Assembly (NCBI RefSeq): GCF_001194135.2
Contig: NC_068984.1
Span: 134,101,098-134,142,677 of the forward strand
Source of the DNA: Octopus bimaculoides
Lineage: Eukaryota
DNA: 41,580 nt
Reading direction: 5' to 3'
The translations under genes and the position numbers were made by a program. Shown piece by piece: positions 1 through 10,800 of this stretch. Below the pieces are notes generated by a model. It was not told where the DNA came from, did not search any database, and saw only the letters and a program-made list of their open reading frames with translations. Numbering within the stretch: position 1 is the first letter of the stretch; every line of letters begins with the position of its first letter.

Positions 1-189
1 ATCTCAGTTTTAAAAAAACCTTTGACAATGTAAATATGTTAATAGTTACCATGGGTAGCAAAATTTACACAAAAAACCAGGATATCACACCCGTTTTATA
101 GGTAGAGATACCAAGTTAAAGTGATGCATTTTGAGTAGATATGAATAATAACAATAAATGGAGCAAAACGCATATAAATAAAAGTTCCT

Positions 190-284
190 TTAATTCCTAC
201 ACATGTTTCAAAATATATGTGTGCTCTCCTCCAAAGAAGTAAGAGCTGCTGGAATTCCACATATATTCATCTTCAGGGAATTAA
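190..284 (-). ncRNA. Minimal type I hammerhead ribozyme fold A (Penelope-type), intact core
   Basis: Minus strand: stem I UUAAUUCC/GGAAUUAA (8 bp); core CUGAAGA (276-270); stem II AAUAUAUGUG/CACAUAUAUU (10 bp) with an inner GCUCUU/GAGAGC hairpin; GAAA (209-206); stem III A-U, C-G with loop AUGU; cleavage triplet GUA (200-198). Confidence 0.78.
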
Positions 285-755
285 CATATAAAAGCAAGAC
301 AAATGCGAAATGATGAGGTAACTTATGAGCTATAATGTTACATGGCCAAGTAAGTGATTGTTATATATACACAAAATTAATTTTGTCTATATGAATTTAC
401 CGATAATGGTTTTTTTAACACATCGAACTACTTGGTAAAATTACTAATTAATTATTAATTTTTACCCTATATATATATATATATATATCACTGCAGCTTC
501 TAAGCATTCTCATCATTGTTACAGGTATGTAAACAAACTAATACTTATTAAGTGGTGGTACATGCACACACACACACACACACACACGCAACAGGCTTCC
601 ACACAATCTCCATCTACCAAATTCACTCATGAACCATTGGTCAACCAGAGGCTATAGTAGAAGACACTAGCCCAAGGCGCTGCACAGGGGGACTGAACCC
701 AAAACCATTTGACTGAACATCTTCATGTAAGTACTTAGGTTTTTTGAATACTTAC

Positions 756-823
756 TGACCAAATGCTTTGTGAGCAGCTTCCATCCCTTTAATTTCACCT
801 GGGACAGCTACAGAATATGGACC
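756..823 (-). CDS. GGT7: GGT7-like coding exon 6
   Basis: ttatttgacag acceptor, gtaagt donor, 68 nt; [22 protein letters not shown]. Confidence 0.94.
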
Positions 824-2187
824 CTGTCAAATAAACACAAATGAGAGCACCAATATATAAAGGTGTAAAAATAATGTATAGCTATGAGTTAACTGTTTTT
901 AATACCTAGTAACTCGCTATTTACTATTTAAAAATATATAGACGACATAAATGCACGCATGGCATATAAATATATGTGGTGATGATATAAACAATTCATT
1001 TCAATGATGAGATATATCAAAATGTTTTAAAACATAAACAAATGTAATTCAGAAAATCAATATGGAAATGATGTGAATTAATGAAAAGACTTTAACTTAT
1101 GAGTTAATCAGTTCACATCTTACAAATCCATAGAGCAATATATTTGAGATTTAAAAAGATTTACTGAAATAACCATTGTACATATGTTTCAAATATGGAT
1201 TTAATATATATGTTTATATAATAAATATCCATAATTTCTTCAGCAATTGAATTTTCAAAAAATGTTAAAAATGAAGAAGAATATAGCATTATTGTGTGAC
1301 ACATTGCTGTACTCAAGAAGACCTGCCCACCACTCCAGAATTGAGATCCTAAAACCAAGATGCTATGTAAAAAGCACTGGTGTTGGTGCCACATAAAAAG
1401 CACTGGTGTTGGTGCCACATAAAAAGCACTGGTGCTGGCACCACATAAATAACACTGGTGCTGGTACTACATTTATAGCACTGGTGCTGGTACCACATAA
1501 AAAGCACTGGTGCTGGTGTCATATAAAAAGCACTCAGTACACTTTGTGGTATGGTTAGCATTAGGAAAGACATTCAACAGTAGAGATGAAGCCTAAACAG
1601 ACTATGGAACCTGGTGCAAATTGTACTAGCTTTGGTAGAACATATTGCAAAACTGGAATGATAATGGAAAGATTAACAACATCCCTGTGCATGTAAAGGT
1701 ATTCTACATTTTATTAATAGCATTACAATAACTATCACAGTAAGGTGCTGGACTATTTATCTCATTATTATGAGCTCAGCCTTACTTCAACTGCTAGGTT
1801 GTGCCATTGATGAAGAGACATAATAGTTCTTGTGTCAGCATATTACTAAGAAGTAAGTTTTACTTCACGTTTGCATTAGGAGAAGCTAGCTGTGAAATCT
1901 CCAGCAATATACACATGTACAGAACAAAATATTACGACCTGCTACCAAAAAAAAAAAAAAAAAAAAAAAAATCCCACCCATGACAGCAAGGGAGTATAAA
2001 AGAAATTGTTAGAAGTGGCAAACCATACCTTAATTGACAATTTGGGATTATGTTCATATAAGCTGGGATTAGCAGCTCTTGGTGCAGTCTCCCGGAAATC
2101 AAAAGCTGTGTTCTCCATAGTTTTATGGTTATGAACAAGCATGAAACCTCCACTGTTAATAGATTATAGAAGAAAATACAATATATA

Positions 2188-2244
<57 letters not shown>

Positions 2245-3595
2245 ATTTATGAAAGAACAACAACAGACGAGGACAGGTGGTGTAAACAACAAAAGGATGT
2301 ATTAGTTTAACGCTCGGGAATAGAGAAAGTCTTTAACGTTTCGAGCTACGCTCTTCAACAGAAAGAATAAGGAGAAAACAAGGAGAAAAACATGGAGAAA
2401 AAAATTTGAATGTTTTGGTCAGCGATCTATCATAGCGACATTTGGAAAAATTTTGAAGGAGTGCTGTAATTTAAGGTTAAAACTCACTAATTTCCAGTTG
2501 AATACTGATAGAAGTGTACCAAACACATAATTAACAGTAAATATTCTGATAATATCAATATGATATGAATGAATTTTTGTTGTTCATTATGAATCTCAAT
2601 CAAGGATTGCTATGGAAACGCTTACTTACCCGCCAATGCCGGAGTGATGTGGGTTCACCACCCCAAGACAAAATGTAGCTGCAATTGAAGCATCGACAGC
2701 ATTGCCACCTTTTTTAAGTGTGTCTATGCAGATCGCAGAACAGTGGGGAGTTGCTGTAGAACAGCCACCATGAGGAAGAACCTGTAAACAAATGGTAAAG
2801 TAAAAGCAACATTATTAGATGGGTATTTCATATTATAATAGCCAGACATTAGAAATCTGGGTGAAGTTATACTGAGTGTGAGTGTGTGTGTGTGAGCATT
2901 GGGTCAAATTTATATTGGAGATGATCCTAAGTGCAACCTGTGTATTTCATATAATACAGCCAAACATTAGAATTCTGAGTGTGTGTGTGTGTATGTGAGT
3001 GTTGGGTCACACTTATATAGGGAGATGAGCCTGAGTGCAGCACTTTGACCAACACACTATCGTCTTTCCATGCTTGCATGGGTCAGACAAAATTTGTTGA
3101 AACAGATTTTCCACAATAGGATACCTATCCTGTCATCAACCCTCGCCTGTTTCCAAGCAAGGTAATATTTCTCCTGGCCAGACATGTCTTCCATGGAGGA
3201 CTGGAGACAATGTTGCTTGTCTGATGGTGATGCTCATTTACAATCTCACTTGATGTCAAGACAAGAGAAACACAAACATACATTTTTTTTTTGTATTTAC
3301 TGCCGATTAGGCATTCCACACATGCGCGGTAATTTTTGAAAAATTAGACATATATGCGCAAGTCATGTTCTCTATGTAGTGCCTCGTGCATACATGTCGA
3401 TGTAGGCTATTTCGCTGATGATAGCTGGCCTTGCAAAATAGTTTGTTTTGCTAAAATAACTTGAAACCTGGTTCGAAATATAGATGGTAAATGTTTTTAT
3501 TTTTCATTCCATTTTGAAATTATCCCTAATTTTGTGGTGTAGGGCTTTGGCTGCTCTTTCTAGCAGGTCAGATGTCCTTTTATGGGCATCTCTAA

Positions 3596-3637
<42 letters not shown>

Positions 3638-4450
3638 GCTTCTTTCAGTTTCCATCTGCCAAATCCACTCACAAGGCTTTGGTCAGCCCGGAGCTATTGT
3701 TGAAGACACTTGCCCAAAGTGTCTTCAACCATATGGTTCCAGGACTGAACCTGGAACCATATGGTTGGGAAGCAAGGTTCTTACCACACGGACATGCCTG
3801 GGTTTTTTCCAGTTTCCATCTGTCAAAACCACTCACCTTGGTTGAGCTGAGGCTATATCAGAAGATATATGCCCAAGATGCTATAAAGTGGAATTAAACC
3901 AGAGACGATGGTGATGGGAAGCAGGCTTCTTAACTACACAGCTATGACTGAACCTATAGACCATTAATAGTTACAGTTAAAATATATGTTGATGATGCTC
4001 TGAATAGTCTCTCTATGATAGACAATACTGTGGGAGGAAAGGAACAATTAAGAAGAGGAGACATGAACCAATTTAAACAAAACCAACCAATAGAAATGCA
4101 AACCAATGTTATACAACAAATCAACCTTTGACTGATGATGAAAACAAAGCTTATAAACCTACTTATTATAGGGGATGTGGTGGTGGTGTGAGTTTGCTAA
4201 CACTGTGAAAGGTGCAGCAGGCACAGCCGTGTGGTTGAGATACTCTTTTATTTGTTTCAGTCATTTGACTGCGGCCATGCTGGAGCACCGTCTTTAGTCG
4301 AGCAAATCGACCCCAGGACTTATTCTTTGTAAGCCTAGTACTTATTCTATCGGATCTCTTTTGCCGAACCGCTAAGTGACGGGGACGTAAACACACCAGC
4401 ATCGGTTGTCAAGCGATGTTGGGGGGACAAACACAGGCACACAAACATAT

Positions 4451-4499
<49 letters not shown>

Positions 4500-7400
4500 C
4501 ACGNNNNNNNNNNNNNNNNNNNNNNNNNNNNNNNNNNNNNNNNNNNNNNNNNNNNNNNNNNNNNNNNNNNNNNNNNNNNNNNNNNNNNNNNNNNNNNNNN
4601 NNNNNNNNNNNNNNNNNNNNNNNNNNNNNNNNNNNNNNNNNNNNNNNNNNNNNNNNNNNNNNNNNNNNNNNNNNNNNNNNNNNNNNNNNNNNNNNNNNNN
4701 NNNNNNNNNNNNNNNNNNNNNNNNNNNNNNNNNNNNNNNNNNNNNNNNNNNNNNNNNNNNNNNNNNNNNNNNNNNNNNNNNNNNNNNNNNNNNNNNNNNN
4801 NNNNNNNNNATGTTCACTTTGCAATCATATTGGGTCATCCCATAAATAATGCAGTTTTTTCAATTGCGTGAACTAAAAGCCGGAGGGGGACAGGATAAAC
4901 TAACTGCATCAAATTGCTATAAACGCAGGTAGTAATTTTACCTTGTACTTATTCTTAGTGCAAGTTTTGAAGAGTGCAGTTCGATTTTGACAGTTATTTT
5001 TCCAGTTAATTTTGATTTTGACAGTTATAATGGAAGTGACAAAGGAGCATATTTGGTTATTTTGCTTTATGAGTTCAATAAAGGCAACAACGCAATGGAA
5101 AGTGCGAGGAATATTAATGCAGTTTATGGGGATTGGACAATAAGCATAAGCTAGTGTCAACGGAAGTTCCAGAAATTCTGAGCCAGAAACTACAGCCTAG
5201 AAGACGAGCTTTGTCCCGGAAGATCTATAGAGCTTGACAAGGATGTCCGGCAAATCCTTGTAACTGTTGAGGAACTAGCAGAAAAGCTTGGATTTGGTCA
5301 TTCATCGACACCTGTGTGCCATTGGAAATGTCAGTATATTGGGTCAATGGGTTCCTCACAAACTTTCTGAGTTTAATCACATGTAGAGAGTAAATGTATG
5401 CTCCTCTTTGCTGTCATGTCTCATGAATGAACCTTTTTTGAACCAAATAGTGACTGGTGATGAGAAATGGGTTCTCTATAAAAATGTCAAGTGCAGGAGA
5501 TGGTAGGGAAAGGAGAAACACCAGCACTCTAGGTTAAAGAAAGTGTTGTTATCTGTTTGGTGGGATATGAAAGGTTTAGTCCACTTTGAACTTTTAAACT
5601 CAAACCAAATGATAACAAAGGAGATCTGCTGTGAGCAGCTTGAGGGGCTTAAGTCAGTGCCAGAAGAAAAACAACCATGTTTGGTTTCAAAACGTAAAGT
5701 GTTCTTCCATCAGAATAATGTTTGGCCACATACAGTGAGGATGATATTCCAAAGGCTGAAGTAGTTTGAATGGGAAACAATGTCCCACCCACCATATTCA
5801 CCAGACATTGCCCCATCTGATTATCATTTATTCTGTGGTCTTCAAAATCATTTGGATGGAAAAAATATGAATTCTGTAGATGAGGTCAGAACAGTAATGG
5901 AGGAGTATTTTTCGTCACGGACAAGTGAATTTTGGAAGAGGGGCCTTGCAAGTCTACCATATAGATGAAAGAGCATTGTAGAAAATGAAGGAACGTATAT
6001 TTTAGATTAAAAATGAAGTTTGTTTATCTTATTTTTGAAAATAAANNNNNNNNNNTCACCACAATCATCATCATTGTTTAAGCACCCACTTTTCTAATCT
6101 TACATAGGGAATGTTAAGGTAGATTTTCTACATTATATCAGGGTGTCAAATTAGCCCATGCAAAATATATTCAAAGGTTCAATAACAGCAAAGCTGCTCT
6201 ACTGATATCTATCCATCCAGTTTTGACGCCTTAGGATAAAAAAAAAAGCCCCAAAACCAAAAACAAAAAAATACAAAACAAGACAAAAAAACTATAGTAT
6301 TGGATATTGACATCCAGATGTCTCAGAAAATAACAATGAGAAAATACTAAGGAACTCAAGCAAAAAGACCATCAGGTACACACCTTGACATCATTTCCCA
6401 TGACTAAAATCACAATGGTATACTAATAATTGACACAACAATATCAAATATAAAGTTATGAAAGAAAAGCTAATGAATGAATGATAGCAACCTAGCTGTT
6501 TAATTAAAATTGTTGTGACAATTAAGGAATGTTTCCATCATCCCAATTGGTAGATATATCAATTGATATAGAATCACTTCTGCAGAAGAAATATTGACAG
6601 ATTACCTATCCAGACAGACATAAGCATATTTGCAGAAAAATGACAATAATATGATTTATAAACAATTAGAGTATTTGTACACAACATTTAATTGTAAACA
6701 ATTTTAAGCATGCTTAGGTATAACACCAAGTCAGCACTAGATCAACCATTAAGCAAAATAAGCAAGTGCTTAGGGCATCAAGGGAAGAAGGGGGTACCAC
6801 AGAAATGGTAAATGGTTTACGGCACAAAAGAAATCACTTTAAACTTGCTAAAATAATATTCAGGATACCTTTATCGCTACTAAGTATGGATGCAAAAGTG
6901 CTAAGATTAATTTTGAGGATCTGATCAAAGACTTTTATGGTTTGTTATTGTTTATATTTTGAATTAGGTAATCTTTTACGAGGGCACCAAAATCTTTTAA
7001 GTGCTTGGGGCCTCAATGGGTCTTAATCCGGCCTTGCCCAAAGTAATCATTAATATGGTTCTGAGTTTGATTCCTCTGTATGGCACCTTGGGTGAGTGAC
7101 ATTTGTTATAGCCTCTGGCTGGCCAATAGCTTGTGAATGGAATCTGGTTGATAGAAATTGTACAGAAACTTGTATGATTAACTAATAACCCTTATTGATT
7201 TACAGGTAAATACCAAATAAGTAAATAAACGAACATTTATGATTATTGGTGCAGGTATGGCTGTGTGGTAGGAAGTTTTCTTCTCACTGTGTGGAACCTT
7301 GAGCAAGTATCTTCTACTATAGTTTTGGGTTGACCAAAGTCTTGTTAGTGGATTTGGTAGACAGAAACCGAAAGAAGACTGAAAGAATGAGGCGGCGAGC

Positions 7401-7838
7401 TAGCAGAAATGTTAGTACGCTGGGCAAAATGCTTAGCGGTATTTCGTCTGCCGTTACGTTCTGAGTTCAAATTCCACCGAGGTTGACTTTGCCTTTCATC
7501 CTTTCGGGGTCGATAAATTAAGTACCAGTTACGTACTGGGGTCGATGTAATCGACTTAATCCCTTTGGCTGTCCTTGTTTGTCCCCTCTATGTTTAGCCC
7601 CTTGTGGGCAATAAAGAAATAAGAAACTGAAAGAAGCCCGTCNNNNNNNNNNNNNNNNNNNNNNNNNNNNNNNNNNNNNNNNNNNNNNNNNNNNNNNNNN
7701 NNNNNNNNNNNNNNNNNNNNNNNNNNNNNNNNNNNNNNNNNNNNNNNNNNNNNNNNNNNNNNNNNNNNNNNNNNNNNNNNNNNNNNNNNNNNNNNNNNNN
7801 NNNNNNNNNNNATATATATATATGTATATATATATATA

Positions 7839-7869
<31 letters not shown>

Positions 7870-10800
7870 CTTACTAACACTTGACATCTGGTGTTGGCGT
7901 GTTTATGTCCTTGGCAAAAGAGACTGATAGAATAAGTACTGGGGTTGAATCAGTTGATAAAATTCTTCAAAGAAGTGCCCCAGCATGGCCGCAGTCTAAT
8001 GACTGAAACGAATAGAAGACAAAGACAGAAGATAGCACCAACAGCTGTTACTCAAAGTGAAATGAACTGGGAATGTCTTCACAAAAGCTGTTTCTGTGTG
8101 TCCTATAGAATGTATTGTACAATGAAACTGTTGACGCATGTAATATACAGTGTATGTGCTATATAATGTATGATATTGTAGCAAGTCATAAAAGGTGAAT
8201 GGTCGTTTGTCCGAACAAGCATAATTGCTGGTATCCCAATGGTTAAAATTACTGCCCATATACGAATTCTAAACTTTCGTCAAAGAAATGTTTCATGAAA
8301 TACGGTTCTTAGAATTCGGATATGAGCAGTTGTAAAAACCCTGATTTTTGGGAAATTACTCAGTGTTCGTAGGATTGTTACTAAAATATATTTATTATAT
8401 ATTTCCGAATAGGAAACATGTAAAAGTAGTGTTACACAAATGGTAACAAAACGCAGCTATAAACAGTAAAAAAACACGGCTATGAAAATACAATAAAATT
8501 GTTAATACATGTATTATGCAACATACATACTGTATAATGTATAGTACAGTAAAACTTAATATATTAGGTCTGATCAATAAGTATCCGGACTGTTGCCATA
8601 GTAACAAAGCAAAATTGTAAACCGTTATAAATAGATAAATCCTCCTCCTCCTCATCATCATCGTTTAACGTCTGCTTTCCATGCTAGCATGGGTTGGACG
8701 GTTTGACTGAGGACTGGCAAGCCAGAAGGCTGCACCAAGCTCCAATCTGATTTGGCAGAGTTTCTACAGCTGGATGCCCTTCCTAACGCCAACCACTCTG
8801 AGAGTGTAGTGGGTGCTTTTACGTGCCACTGGCACGAGGGCCAGTCACGCGGTACTGGCAACAGTCACACTCAAAATGGTGTTTTTTATGTGCCACCTGC
8901 ACAGGAGTCAGTCCAGCAGCACTGGCAACAACCTCGCTTGAATGAATTTTCTAACATGCCACCAGCACAAGTGCCAGTAAGGCGACGATTTTAAAAAAGT
9001 TTTTTTCAAATATTAAGAGCAAATGTTACATAGCTGAATGATATTTTGACTTAGAATTGATTTAAAAAAAAAATATTTAAAGAAAAAAAAAAAGAATTTG
9101 TAATTTAGTTAGAGTGGAAATGCATTTACTGGGACATCCTGAATATTGGAATGAAGTTACCCTCAAATAAGAGGCTTGGTTGAAATGCTTGCAACACTGT
9201 GAACTCAGCTATTGATAACAGAAATAATGATGATTATGATAATGAGAGTGATGCTGATGATGGGATGAGGATAATTAAAAATACTGCCCATTCATAAATA
9301 TAAAACAACAGCCACTAGGGATAGAAACAGCGCCTTACTTACCTCGGGGTCTCCTTGGTAAATGCTTACAATAAGTGCGATGGTAACTATCAGTCCAGAG
9401 GAGATAGTGACTCCGAGGATAACTTTTAGTCCTTGCATTTGTTCAGACAACCTGGAAGTAATTGAGATAAAGCAATGAGAAGATTGACATTAGAGGTTAG
9501 TACTGGTGGTGGTGGTGGTGGTAGAGATGATGGTGGTGATAGTGATGGTGGTAATGGTGGTGGTGGCATAGCTTAGAGCAGTAATTCTCAACCAGGATCC
9601 ATATAAAATTTTCAGGAGCCCACACAAGTAAAACAGTACTGGCAACGGCCAAGCTCAATGGTACATTTTGCGTGTCACCCACACAGGAGCTAGTCCAGCG
9701 GCACTGGCAACGATCTCGCTCGAATGTCTTTACATGTGCCATCATTATTTCGCTTTCGCTGCCCCAACAGGTCTTCGCAAACCGAGTTTCATGTCCAATG
9801 AAGGAGACGACGTTGGCATGGGTGCCAGTCGTCGAATTTAGTTGCCAGTCATCGAATTTAGTTTGCCAGTCGTCTCTTTTTCCTATATGCCAAGAATCCA
9901 CGACCACATTTTCCAATGAATGTGGAGTGTAATTTGAGGGGACTCAGCTGCTATTTCTAGTAAATTCAATGACCCTGCAGCTACCTCAACGGTTTCAGGT
10001 TCAAAAGGCCCACAATGGTGATGATGGTGGTGAAGTTTAAGGTATATAAAAACGGTGTGTAGGCGTGGTACTAAAGCACTTTTAGTTGAATTCCCAGCAA
10101 TCTGCTTCAATTATTTTTATTATTTCTTTTTCAAGAGACTTGATGATGGCAGAGGAGAACAATCTCATTGATAAATAAAGGTCCATAAGACAGACATTTG
10201 GAGTAGAGGATTGATGTACTTGATTTTTTTCCTCAAAGCTGCCACATGTTAATGCTTCCTTTTAACAGGTGGAATGTTCTTTAAAAGATCTTGTTAGATA
10301 AAACACAAGAGCTTCAAAAATATAAATTTTTAACAAGGCTATTTAGGATGCTTCTGAAGCCTGTTATGCCTCTTAAAAGCTTCTTTAATATTCAGCTTCA
10401 CTTTCAAAAATTTATTTATTCAACTGTTCCTCGGTATATTTGACAGTCTATAATTTATTTCTAAATTCAAGGGATCTATTTTTAACATTATCTTTCTTTT
10501 GATTCCTTACGTCTCCTTGTATACTTCCTTATCTCAATTGCCTTCCAAACCTCTTTTTGATCAAAATGTCTTCCATTTCATTTTCTGCATCTTTTCTTCT
10601 CTTTTCCACATCTTCATCTTTCCTTCCCCTCCTCCATTTCCATATCATCTCAGAATATAAACAACACTACGCCCCAGCACGCTGTTCTCCTCTTATTTCT
10701 AGCCCCTTTACATGACCTAGAATATAAACAATACTATTGCCCAAATACACAACCCAGCCACAACAGTCACCACTTATTTATAATACTAAAATAAGCCAGA

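Noticed and set aside
1-750. GGT exon 7 (expected to start with xLPW)
   Set aside because: No acceptor followed by such a frame was found; it must lie left of the window.
199-1187. Cis double hammerhead between folds A and B (their stem III segments ACAUGUGU and ACAUAUGU can form 8 pairs)
   Set aside because: A double hammerhead also needs cross-pairing of stem I. UUAAUUCC with CAAUGG and CAAUUG with GGAAUU do not pair at the core-proximal positions.
1161-1418. 85 aa minus-strand ORF as an alternative GGT exon
   Set aside because: It has no GGT similarity and is composed of repeat units plus hammerhead fold B.
1369-1540. CRISPR-like array of 26 bp units
   Set aside because: There are no unique spacers and the context is eukaryotic; it is a minisatellite inside an RTE-type tail.
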